A DNA stretch of 64,000 nucleotides from Dehalococcoidia bacterium (GTDB lineage Bacteria; Chloroflexota; Dehalococcoidia; Lucifugimonadales; UBA3495): NCBI GenBank assembly GCA_965220625.1, contig CBDCQN010000003.1, forward strand, positions 1,402,764 through 1,466,763, given 5' to 3'. Of the stretch, positions 29,273 through 38,987 are shown piece by piece; the first letter of the stretch is position 1; every line of letters starts with the position of its first letter. The notes under the pieces were generated by a model. The model saw nothing but the letters and a program-made list of their open reading frames with translations, did not search any database and was not told where the DNA came from. The position numbers were made by a program, and so were the translations under genes.

Positions 29273-30757
29273 TTAACGAGAGCCGAATTGTTGGTTGGGT
29301 AACCACAGGGCGATTTCCGGGAAGGCGATGATAATAGCAATCACGGCGGCCATTACGAACATGAAGGGAAGCACACCGACATAAACGTCGGCGATGGTGC
29401 CTGTTTTCGGCGCGACGCCCTCGGCCGCGGCCGCTTCTTCATCCACGTCCTTGCGAATACCATGAAGGATGTAAAGCTGTATCCCCTCTGGCGGGCTAAT
29501 GAGGGCCGCTTCTACCAGGATGACCATTATTACCCCGAACCACACCAAGTCGACGCCGGTGGCAATGAGGACCGGAGCAAGAATAGGCACGGTGGTCACC
29601 AGCATGGACACGCTTTCCATGAAAGTCCCCAGAGCCAGGTAGAAGACCACCAGGATGATGACCAACTCCACAGCGCTGAGGTTTAGGCCGACGACCCACT
29701 CGGAGAGATCGTGGGCAATGCCGAGGCTGGCGAAGGTGAAGCTCAAGGTGAAGGCGGCGAAAACGATCAGCATCACCATCGATGATGTGCGGACCGTGGA
29801 AAGCGTCGCCAGACGCAGCATGGTCATGTTGACTTCTATCGATTCTTTCACCCTCTCTGAGCCGACCGGTACCGCCGCCGCCGCCCGGAGCCGTTGCCTG
29901 GTCGAGGCGGGCAGGAGGGAGGTGAGGCCCGGAATTCCGAGGAGCCGGGCCAACAGCGGGCCCCAGACCGGTTGAGAATTATTCCAGACGGCCAGTACCA
30001 GCGCGCCCGAGACTCCGAAGGCGGCGGCCTCGGTGGGAGTGGCGATTCCCCTGTAGATGCTGCCCAGCACGATGAGGATTATCGCCACTATTGGTATCAA
30101 CGAAACCAATCCGGTTATCCGAGAGCGCAGGTCGGCCATGCGCTCCCGCGGCGCGGTGTTCCGCCAAATGAGAGACACGACGATGATCATCGCCATAAAC
30201 GAAACCGTAAGCAGAATGCCCGGAAAGAGGCCGGCGAGATAAAGACGGCCGATGGACTCTTCCACCAGCACTCCATAAAGAATCAGGCCGATGCTGGGCG
30301 GAATCAGGATTCCCAGGGTACCGCCAGCGGCAAGAGAACCGATCACTAGCCGCTCGTTGTATCCTCTGGCCCTGAAGGCGGGCAGCCCCACCCGGCTGAT
30401 GGTGGCGGCGGTGGCCACGCTGGAGCCGGAGCAGGCCGCGAAAATGGCGCACGATAGGATATTGGTGTGTATCAAGCCTCCCGGAATGGGGCCCAACCAG
30501 CGAGAGAGCCCCTCGTACATACGCTCACCGAAGCCGCTGCGCAGCATGAGCTCGCCCATCAATATGAACAGGGGCACCGCCACCAGTATGAAATTGAGTG
30601 AGATGACCTCCCACAACTTGTTGCCCAGGATGTTCCACGGAGCAGCGTCGGCAAAGAACCACAGCAGGACGAGGGAGATGCCGCCCAGGGCACCGGCCAC
30701 GTAAAGGCCGCCCATGAAGAAGGCTCCCATCAAGCCAAAGGCTACACCAATCGCCAT
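29273..30757 (-). CDS. dctM: TRAP transporter large permease
   Basis: AVPLFILMGELM, SGSSVATAA, GGTLGILIPPS, GIATPTEAAA, ISPPEG. Confidence 0.93.
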   Translation of the reverse strand: MAIGVAFGLMGAFFMGGLYVAGALGGISLVLLWFFADAAPWNILGNKLWEVISLNFILVAVPLFILMGELMLRSGFGERMYEGLSRWLGPIPGGLIHTNILSCAIFAACSGSSVATAATISRVGLPAFRARGYNERLVIGSLAAGGTLGILIPPSIGLILYGVLVEESIGRLYLAGLFPGILLTVSFMAMIIVVSLIWRNTAPRERMADLRSRITGLVSLIPIVAIILIVLGSIYRGIATPTEAAAFGVSGALVLAVWNNSQPVWGPLLARLLGIPGLTSLLPASTRQRLRAAAAVPVGSERVKESIEVNMTMLRLATLSTVRTSSMVMLIVFAAFTLSFTFASLGIAHDLSEWVVGLNLSAVELVIILVVFYLALGTFMESVSMLVTTVPILAPVLIATGVDLVWFGVIMVILVEAALISPPEGIQLYILHGIRKDVDEEAAAAEGVAPKTGTIADVYVGVLPFMFVMAAVIAIIIAFPEIALWLPNQQFGSR

Positions 30758-30892
30758 AGTCTCAATGGCCTCCTACAACATCGGACCGGACGGAGCCTCC
30801 GCCTGGGGAGATCCTGTCTACCCCGCCGTTTTATGCGTTCTTTCCTGGGGGGACTGGGTTGGGGGGTGAACGGTTGCGCGAATTCTAGCTGG

Positions 30893-31558
30893 TCATGCGA
30901 TTGACGGGGCCTCTGGTGGACCCTCGGTTCGAGCCGTTTCCTCCGGCGCCTCTGATGGGGCTTCGACTCCGGTCAGAAGCTTGTGCAGTTTGGGAAGGGC
31001 CGCTTCCGCCACCATACTGACCATCATCTGAAGGGCAGAGAATGCCAGCAGGCTGATCCCGATCGCCAGGACGGTCTGCGGGATCCACAGGTCGGTGCGA
31101 GGGTAAGAGAGGGACATGGACTGAATGTCGTAGGATATAACGACGTCAACCCAGACCCGCCAGGCCGTAATACAAGCAAGGGCCGCGATGGACCCCAGGG
31201 CCAGCCAGTCGGCCAGCCATCGGACGCGTTTGGGCATGAAGGGTAGCAGTACGTCGATGCGCACGTGTCCCCCGGTCCTAAGGGCGTAAGAAAAACCCCA
31301 GGTGATAGCAAAAGCCATCACGTACCCGCTGTTCTGGTCGGTGCCCAAGGCCATGATGATGCCGGTTTTGCGGGCTATCACCTGGTAAGTGATGAACAGC
31401 GCCAGGAGCAGAAGCAGTGCGCCACAGACGTAAGCAGATCCGGTGTAAAACCGGTCTGTGAAGTTGTTGAAGGCGCGAATACCGCTCAACAATGTTAGGG
31501 CCGGGGAGAGCGTCCCCGGGCCCTTTCCTTTACCGGCCGGTACGGTTACCTCGCTCAA
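30893..31558 (-). CDS. dctQ: TRAP transporter small permease
   Basis: Four TM helices, GGHVRIDVL, DLWIPQ. Confidence 0.88.
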   Translation of the reverse strand: MSEVTVPAGKGKGPGTLSPALTLLSGIRAFNNFTDRFYTGSAYVCGALLLLLALFITYQVIARKTGIIMALGTDQNSGYVMAFAITWGFSYALRTGGHVRIDVLLPFMPKRVRWLADWLALGSIAALACITAWRVWVDVVISYDIQSMSLSYPRTDLWIPQTVLAIGISLLAFSALQMMVSMVAEAALPKLHKLLTGVEAPSEAPEETARTEGPPEAPSIA

Positions 31559-31679
31559 TTCATAACTCCCATGGCCCAGCCAGCTTGTCTAAGTCGTTTG
31601 AGAGAGGCGCCCCGGCCGCTTTTCTTAGGACTCGAGGCGCCTCTGAGGGTTGCCTATCGGGAACCTACCCCCTTGGGTG

Positions 31680-32912
31680 CTAGTCAATGAGTTCGGCCGT
31701 TCCTTCAGGTGTGACCCTGATACCTACGATGGGCGCAACCTTCTCGTTGAAGATCCGGACCGCCTCGGTATCGTACCCGCCGGCCCGGCTCACCCAGTTG
31801 GGAAGAATGATGTCGACGGCGGCCTGCTGGATGGCCTCCTTCATCCTCGGCGTGAAGTCGCTGACTACTATCCCTTCCTGTTCCATGAGGTCGTAACCTT
31901 CCTCAACCCAGACATCCAAACTGGCCAGGTTTTCGGCGTCGGTCCGCTCACCCTCTTCCCTCAGGATGGCCTGGAAATCGGGAGGAAGCTCATCCCACCG
32001 CTTTTGGTTCATCGTTATCAGTGTGTGGACGGCGGCGGGCATGGGGCCGATGACATAATTGGTCAACTCATGCCACTTTTGGGAATGGCCCGAAGTGAGA
32101 TTAGTAACCCCAGCGTCCAGGATGCCCCGCTCCAGGGCAGTGTACACCTCGGCAAAGGGAACCACCTGGCCGTCCGCCCCCAGGCCTCTGGCCAGGTCGG
32201 CGAGGGCAGTACTATGAGCCCTGGTCTTGAGGCCTTGGAAGTCCTCGAGCTTTTCGATGGGGTCCTTGGTCCAGAAGAACTGGTCCTCGTAATAGACGTA
32301 GAAGAGTACCACACCACCGAAGTTTTCCTTAATCAGCCTGATTTCATCCTCCCGAATGGCCTTCAGGACCTGCTTCTGGGTCGCGGAGTCGGGGAACAGA
32401 CCCAGAAGCTCACCCATCTCCACCATGGGGAAGTCACTACCGATATAGCCGCTGTACATCTCAGCGAATCCCAGCGTTCCACTCCCCACGAGCCGCAGGG
32501 CGTCGGCTCCCCCGATGCCCAGCTCCGGGTAGGAAGTCATCTGGATCTCTATCTGCCCGTTGGTGCGCTCACCAACTCGCTCGGCGAACTCCGCCATCAG
32601 CCCGCAGGGCTTCACCGTGCGGCTGATACACACCAGCTGAAACTCGAACTTCTCACCGGTGGTGGCGGGCGCGGCGCTGGCCGCAGCAGCAGTCGGAGCG
32701 GCCGTGGGCGGAGCGGCCGTGGGCGGAGCGGCCGTGGGCGGAGCGGCCGTGGGCGGAGCGGCCGTGGGCGGAGCGGCCGTGGGCGGAGCGGCCGTGGGCG
32801 GAGCGGCCGTGGGCGGAGCGGCCTCCGGCGCTCGCGTAGGGTCGCTACTTCCGCAGGCAGCAAAGATCAGGATTATGAGTCCCACCAAGCCTGGCAATAA
32901 GACCTTGTTCAT
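31680..32912 (-). CDS. dctP: TRAP substrate-binding lipoprotein
   Basis: Lipobox FAAC, GLKTRAH, VPFAEVYTALERGILDA, ITMNQKRWDELPPD. Confidence 0.92.
   Translation of the reverse strand: MNKVLLPGLVGLIILIFAACGSSDPTRAPEAAPPTAAPPTAAPPTAAPPTAAPPTAAPPTAAPPTAAPPTAAPTAAAASAAPATTGEKFEFQLVCISRTVKPCGLMAEFAERVGERTNGQIEIQMTSYPELGIGGADALRLVGSGTLGFAEMYSGYIGSDFPMVEMGELLGLFPDSATQKQVLKAIREDEIRLIKENFGGVVLFYVYYEDQFFWTKDPIEKLEDFQGLKTRAHSTALADLARGLGADGQVVPFAEVYTALERGILDAGVTNLTSGHSQKWHELTNYVIGPMPAAVHTLITMNQKRWDELPPDFQAILREEGERTDAENLASLDVWVEEGYDLMEQEGIVVSDFTPRMKEAIQQAAVDIILPNWVSRAGGYDTEAVRIFNEKVAPIVGIRVTPEGTAELID
32694..32823. repeat. Perfect 15-bp tandem repeat x8 (GCCGTGGGCGGAGCG) encoding (AAPPT)8
   Basis: Eight identical units at 32701-32820 plus partial units on both sides. 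Confidence 0.97.
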
Positions 32913-33203
32913 TCCACTCCTCCTTCGAATAGGGGATTCAAGGAGACCGGCTTCGCGCTATTTTTTAAATAACCGACGATTTACGAATATCAAATGGCTT
33001 GGACTTAACCGCCTCTTGGGATGAAAGTGCGTTATTGTAGTATTCAATAACATATATAGTCAAGAGTTAATCTCAGATCGTAAAACCATCGGAGGCCCGG
33101 GCGAAGTGGTGCTCTATCTCGGGTGGTCTTTACTCGAATCAGCCACGCCGTAGACCCGGGAGGTTCCTAGGTGGGGAGAAAGGTCGGGGATTCCTCCCTA
33201 GAC

Positions 33204-33222
33204 GGTCACATTTTGGTCACAT
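33204..33222. repeat. GGTCACA-TTTT-GGTCACA direct repeat resembling an integrase arm-type site
   Basis: The repeat is seen in sequence; the function is inferred. Confidence 0.35.
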
Positions 33223-33866
33223 ACACGACCATGGACCGGCTCAGCAACCCCGGCAAAGGAATTGGGTCGGACGTGCTACTTATCGCCAAGAAGAATGCTG
33301 GGGACCCCGCTTGGCGACGGGATAGGCCAGAGGAGATAGCTGGTGCGGCCCTCGCTGTCATCAACGGAATGCTTGCCCTGAAGGCCGAATCTCGGGAGCG
33401 TAGGTTAAAGGAGCTGGAAGCTGAAAAGTCGACCCTGCCGCTCGCATCTGATGTCGCCGTCATCAATAAGGCAGCCGAGCGCCTCATCCTTTTCGTGTGT
33501 GGTACCTTCCACGCTCCGTAACAACTCGGTGTGACTGATGCCGGGCTTGGCCAGGACCGGCTGGATAATCCGTGATTTTGCCCGCAATAGCGCGCCTTCG
33601 AGTTCCTTCTCTCGGGTAAGGCCCGACATTTCCCGTATCGTTGACTCTATACTCTCGGCCCATCTGTGAGTCTCGATGAAATCGGACTTGTCGAACCACC
33701 ATTGCGCCACAAACGAGATCCTTCGACAGGTCCGACTGCGTCGAGACTCTCGATGAAATCGGAGCTCAGGATGACCGGTTGATTGACTGTTAAGGATGAC
33801 CGTTGATTGGCTGGTCAGGGCGACGGAATAATTTCGAGTGAGTTCATCAAACCGATATTGTTATGG

Positions 33867-34580
33867 CTAAGAATTCCGAGCTTTTAACTCCCTGACTTTC
33901 TCTTCCAGCAGTTTGCGGTCCACCCCCAACTGCACCGCGATATCGATGTCCCTTTGTGCCTCTTGGTGCTTTTGTTGGATGGTGAGCGCGAACGCTCGAT
34001 TGGCGTAGGCCACGGCCAACGAAGAGTCTAACTTGATCGCTTGTTCCAAATCGAGTATCGCCTGGTCGACCTGGCCCATCTCCATGTAAGTGTCGGCCCG
34101 GTTGTTGTAGGCGACGGCAAAACGCGGGTCGACCCGAATAGCCTGGGTAAAGTCGTCGATGCCAGCCTGGTGCCGTCCGGCGGCTTTGTGCGCGATCCCC
34201 CGCCCGCTGTACGCGTCGGCGAATTTGGGGTTCAGACGAATCGCCTCGTTCAGGTCCCGCACCGCCCGGTCCAGCTGCCCTAGGGAGGTGTGTGCCATTC
34301 CTCGGGTGCTGTGTGCTACAGCCAGATTCGGCCTCAGCTTTATTGCTTCGTCCAAATCAGGAATGGCCAGCTCGGGCTTCCCCAGGTTGATGTTGGCGGC
34401 ACCGCGATTATTGTAGGCCTGCACCAGGCCAGGGTCGAAGCGAATGGCCTCGGTGTAGGCCTGGACCGCCTCGTCTAACTGGCCGCGCCGCTGTAGCCCT
34501 ACGCCGTGGTCGTACCATTGCTGTGCCTCGGATTTGCCGATGGAGCCGTGGAGAAACCGGCCAACTAAACGTAATACCAT
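33867..34580 (-). CDS. Tetratricopeptide repeat protein
   Basis: About 5-6 TPRs (AYNNRG, AYSGRG, AYANRA). Confidence 0.92.
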   Translation of the reverse strand: MVLRLVGRFLHGSIGKSEAQQWYDHGVGLQRRGQLDEAVQAYTEAIRFDPGLVQAYNNRGAANINLGKPELAIPDLDEAIKLRPNLAVAHSTRGMAHTSLGQLDRAVRDLNEAIRLNPKFADAYSGRGIAHKAAGRHQAGIDDFTQAIRVDPRFAVAYNNRADTYMEMGQVDQAILDLEQAIKLDSSLAVAYANRAFALTIQQKHQEAQRDIDIAVQLGVDRKLLEEKVRELKARNS

Positions 34581-34632
34581 CTCGTATTCCCAAGGCCGTC
34601 CGCCGGACGGGTTTGATCCGGGTGGCCATGGA

Positions 34633-35025
34633 CTAGCCGACCCGCGCTTTCATTGCCTCAATCTGCCGTTCCAACGTCGTCCGGTCGGCACCCAAAGCCA
34701 CCGCCCGCTCGATGTCTGGAAGGGCGTCTTCGTGGCGACCGATTAGAGTGTACATCATACTCCGGTTCATGTAGGCCTCAAGGTACCGGGGGTTGTTCTC
34801 GATGGCCGCGTCAAAATCAATGATGGCCCTTTCCGGAGCACCGAGGACGATAACGAGTACGCCTCGTTGGTAAAAAATTTGGGCGTCCTTGGTTTGCAAC
34901 TTGGCGGCGCGTTTGAAGTACCATAGCGCCCGGTGTGGCCGGCCCCATCGGGCGTAAGCCATTCCCCAATTGTAGTAAAAATCGCTGAACAACAGCTTGA
35001 GCCCGTGGTAGGAACTGGAGAGCAT
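34633..35025 (-). CDS. Short TPR protein
   Basis: YYNWGMAY, FYQRG, AYMNRS; start 35025 or 35037. Confidence 0.8.
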   Translation of the reverse strand: MLSSSYHGLKLLFSDFYYNWGMAYARWGRPHRALWYFKRAAKLQTKDAQIFYQRGVLVIVLGAPERAIIDFDAAIENNPRYLEAYMNRSMMYTLIGRHEDALPDIERAVALGADRTTLERQIEAMKARVG

Positions 35026-35077
35026 GGGAACGGCCAAGAAGGTGCCCGACTAAGTACACGTTGACATCCCGGTTACG

Positions 35078-35878
35078 ATGTGCCACGGAATCAGGCCCAC
35101 CGCTGCGGGTGCCCTGCGCCATCCCTTAACCGAGGAGCAATTCAACCCGCTTATGGGAATCGCGGCGGATATGGGGTTCCAGTCGATTAACTATCACCAG
35201 TTGGCGGCATGGCGCGACGGATCCGGCACACTGCCGGAACGGCCGATCATGATCGACTTCGACCACCCTGTGGTGTCGATGCGGCGGGAGGTGTTTCAGA
35301 CGCTGGAACGGTACGGATTCAAGGGGAACCTGTTCATCTACACCTCCCCCTACGATCCGGAATATCCCCGCCCGCTGGCGCTGGCCCAGGTGCCGGAACA
35401 CATGCCATGGTCGGAGATACGGGAGCTCCGGGAGCTTGGCTGGCACATCGGCGCCCATACCGTCAGCCATCCCAACCTCTCAAACCTGGCCGCAGAGGAC
35501 ACGGACGGAGAGGTGATACGGGAGGAGTTGGACCGGTGCGACCGCGTGATCGAGGAGAACATGGACTTCGTGCCTCAGGACTTTGCCTTCACCGGCACCA
35601 GCTGGAGCAGCGCTGCCGAGGCAGAGGTCAGGAAGAGGTACCGCTTCGGCAGGCTGTGGGTCGTAGGGTCGGAATACGAGGCCGACGGCAAGCCCATCCG
35701 CTATGCGGAACTGGCAGGCTCAGACGAACCGGACGAGGCCGATGGCGGGCCGCCCAACAGCAGCAGGTACATCACCGAGCACACCGACCTCCACCGCCTG
35801 CCGTCCATGGAGTTGCAGGCCCTGATCAATGACCCCGGAGCTTTCCGCTCGTACCTGGAGGGAGCGCTTGACGGGTAG
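35078..35878 (+). CDS. Polysaccharide deacetylase family protein (possible 5' nonsense codon at 35051)
   Basis: IMIDFDH, MPWSEIREL, IGAHTVSHPNL, FAFT; an in-frame upstream GTG at 35042 is followed by TAA. Confidence 0.8.
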   Translation: MCHGIRPTAAGALRHPLTEEQFNPLMGIAADMGFQSINYHQLAAWRDGSGTLPERPIMIDFDHPVVSMRREVFQTLERYGFKGNLFIYTSPYDPEYPRPLALAQVPEHMPWSEIRELRELGWHIGAHTVSHPNLSNLAAEDTDGEVIREELDRCDRVIEENMDFVPQDFAFTGTSWSSAAEAEVRKRYRFGRLWVVGSEYEADGKPIRYAELAGSDEPDEADGGPPNSSRYITEHTDLHRLPSMELQALINDPGAFRSYLEGALDG

Positions 35879-35918
35879 GATGGCAATCCGATCCGAAACG
35901 CGAAAGGGAGGGTGACCC

Positions 35919-37030
35919 ATGACGCCCGGACGATTCAGCCTCGCCAGTCAGGCGGGGCGCGTTCCATCCATGACCGTGCCGCTGGACGCGCGGCAGGAAA
36001 GCAGGTTCCAGCGCCTGATGGAAGAGTCGGTCATGATCGACCTCCACCAGCACCCCATGGTCATGCCCGATGACTTCACCCAGTACTGGGACTACCTGCG
36101 CAGCGACGACTACGTCTGGGGCTATGACGCGGTTCGGGAAGGGGGCTTCACCGCCGTCGGGACGGCAAACGTCTTTCGCGGCATGCTGAACACCAACGAG
36201 ATGTCCTTCATTCGTTTTTCCGACCTGCTGGACGAGATCAGCATAATGATTTCGGACATCTCGCGGCATGAGGACGTCGTGCAGGTCGGCAGCGCCGCCG
36301 AGATAGAGGCGGCAAAGCAGCGGGACAAGGTGGGTTTCCTGCCCACGGTGGAGCACCTAGCGATAGGCAACGAGCTGAACCGGGTTGACGTGCTCTACAA
36401 CGCCGGGATACGGCTGGCCGGCCTGACCTACAGCCGCAAGGCCTACATCGGCGACGGTATCTTCGAGCGCAACGACGGTGGGCTCAGCGAGTTCGGCGTG
36501 GAGGTCGTTCGGCGCATGAACGAACTGGGGATGGTGGTCGACGTTTCTCATGCGTCTTACCTCACCGCCATGGACGCCATCGAGGCGTCTGAGTCGCCGG
36601 TGACCTTCAGCCACGACGGCTCTTACACACTGGCCAGCGAAAGCCTCCAGTCCCGCCGGCTGCGCAAGGACGAGGAATTGCTGGCCTGCGCGGCGTCATC
36701 GGCATCACTGCCGTGCCCAACCGGCTCAGCAACGACCCGGAGCAGAGCATCGAGTGCGTGCTGGACCACTACGACTACATGGTGCAGCTGGTCGGCGTGG
36801 ACCACGTGGCCATCGGCACCGACGCCAGCATCGGAGACATGGTCGAGATCAGCCGGGTGATGCTGGGCCGCACTGGCCCCGCTCCTGCGCCATACCTGAA
36901 CGGCCTGGAGTCGCCTGCCGACGGCAAGAACATCATCCGCGGCCTCATAGCCAGGGGTTACTCCGACGAGGACGTGAAGAAGATCGCGGGAGCCAACGTG
37001 CTGGCGTTTTTCAGGCGAATAATGGCGTAA
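35919..37030 (+). pseudogene. Membrane dipeptidase (M19), frameshifted near 36690
   Basis: IDLHQH, VVDVSHAS, FSHDG, LRKDEELLAC / GVIGITAVPN, DHVAIGTD, KIAGANVL; a small deletion shifts the frame. Confidence 0.9.
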
Positions 37031-37247
37031 ACGAGCGCCTCGTTCTGAGCCACCTGGCAGACTTTTCATAGCATCCCCTCCCCAGCTGGAAGCCGCAGGC
37101 AGGACAGGCCGATCCAGTAACGAGCGTGCTGCCTTGTTTTGGAAGCACCCGACTACAGAACGATGCTAAATTACACACGGCAGTCTCGCCATTGGTTTCC
37201 TGGATGATTAAAATCAGGGTTCCTCAGTCACCCCCGAGGAGGACGGC

Positions 37248-38454
37248 ATGAGCGTCCTGATCAAGAACGGGCACATCTTCACTGCGGTGGACAACTACGT
37301 GGCCGACATCCTGGTGGACGACGGAAAAATACGTACCATCGGTATTGACCTGACGGCCGACGGCGAGAAGACAATCGACGCCACCGGCAAGTACGTAATT
37401 CCCGGAGGCATCGATCCCCATACGCATCTGGACTTTCCCTTTGGCGGCACCGTTTCCTCCGACGACTTCAGTACCGGCACCATTGCAGCGGCGGTGGGCA
37501 GCACCACCAGCATCGTCGATTTTGTCGTGCAGCAACGGGGCCAGTCCCGGACCGAGGCGCTGGAAATCTGGCACCAAAAGGCCGAGGGCCAGGCTGCCAT
37601 CGACTATGGTTTCCACATGATCGTCCAGGACCTGCCAGACAGCCGTCTGCCCGAGATGGATGAGATGGTCAGGCAGGGAGTCACCAGCTTCAAGATGTTC
37701 ATGGCCTACCGAGGCGTGGTGATGGTGGACGACGACACCATCTTCAAGGCCATGGTCTGGGCGGCGGACAACGGAGCCCTGATCTGCCTGCACGCAGAGC
37801 ACGGGCACATGATCGATGTTCTGGTGCAAGGGGCCCTGGCCCAGGGACACACGGAACCCAGGTTCCACGCCAGCACCCGCCCGCCGGTGACAGAGGCGGA
37901 AGCCACCCACCGGGCGATACGGATGTCCCAGATCGCCGGGGCGCCGGTCTACTTCGTCCATCTGAGCTGCGCCGAGGCCCTGGAGCAGGTGCAGGCCGCC
38001 CGTGCCCGGCAGAATTACGTTTACGCCGAGACCGGCCCCACTACCTGACTCTGGACAACAGCGTGTATGACCAGGAAGGGTTCGAGGGAGCCAAGTATGT
38101 GCTCACTCCGCCCCTGCGGGACAAGTGGCACCAGGAGGAGCTGTGGAAGGGGCTGCGACGCAACGATCTCCAGGTGGTATCCACCGACCACTGCGCCTTC
38201 CGGTTCAGTGACCAGAAGACCCTGGGCGTCGATGACTTCTCCAAGATTCCCAACGGTGGACCAGGTATCGAGAACCGCCTAAGCCTGCTCTATACCCACG
38301 GTGTGGCCTCTGGGTTGATGGACCTCAACCGGCTTGTGGAGCTGTTCTCTACTAATCCGGCCAGGCTCTTCGGTCTTTTCCCTCTCAAGGGCACCATCGC
38401 CGTCGGAAGCGACGCCGACATTGTGGTGTTCGATCCCGATGCGGAGACGGTGAT
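37248..38454 (+). pseudogene. hydA: Dihydropyrimidinase, frameshifted near 38037 and truncated at 38454
   Basis: PGGIDPHTHLD, SFKMFMAY, HAE, VHLS, AET.P/HYL, VVSTDHC, PNGGPGIE, GSDADIVVFDP; the C-terminus is replaced by the duplicated segment. Confidence 0.92.
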
Positions 38455-38987
38455 CAGCGCCCGGCCCATCTCTTCCAGCAGCACCGCCAGGTCAAGGAAA
38501 TCGCCGCCCGTGCCGCCGTATTGTTCCGGGAACGGGACTCCGGTCCAGCCTAGATTAATCATTTGTCGCCAGAGGCCGTTCGGATACCCTCGCTCATCCT
38601 CCTCCATCTCCCGGACCAAGGTGGCCGGGCATTCACGGGACAGGAACTCTAGGGCGCTGGTTTTCAGCATCTGCTGGATTTCGCTGAGACCGAGGTCCAT
38701 GGCGTTAGCCTCTTCGACAATTGAGTGGTAATGAGTCAAAGTCCGGCGGGTCGGGGAGCGCCGCTAGTATAGCCCATCGTTCCTACCGGCTCAATAATCA
38801 TGCCTGGAACTCAAACCCGGCGCAACCAATACTGAATTCTCACTCAGGGCAATCTTGCTTTGTATAATATATGAGTCTGGCCCGAGATTTGACGCGGCTC
38901 GAACGGCCCGGACAGAAACAGCATTGAATTGCGCTAACTGCGGCAACGAGACCTCTCAAGACGACAGATTTTGTAGCGAATGCGGCA
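38455..38987. repeat. Copy 2 of the duplication, containing an acyl-CoA dehydrogenase 5' stub (38455-38700, minus strand) and the divergent promoter region
   Basis: Matches 1647-2180. Confidence 0.92.

Noticed and set aside
32694-32823. CRISPR array
   Set aside because: The 15-bp units are contiguous with no spacers, are in frame within dctP, and no cas genes are present.
33228-33521. Plus-strand hypothetical CDS
   Set aside because: It overlaps an equally weak minus-strand ORF; neither can be supported as a functional gene.
38063-38731. Independent 222-aa gene
   Set aside because: It is the frameshifted dihydropyrimidinase C-part reading into the antisense strand of the duplicated dehydrogenase.
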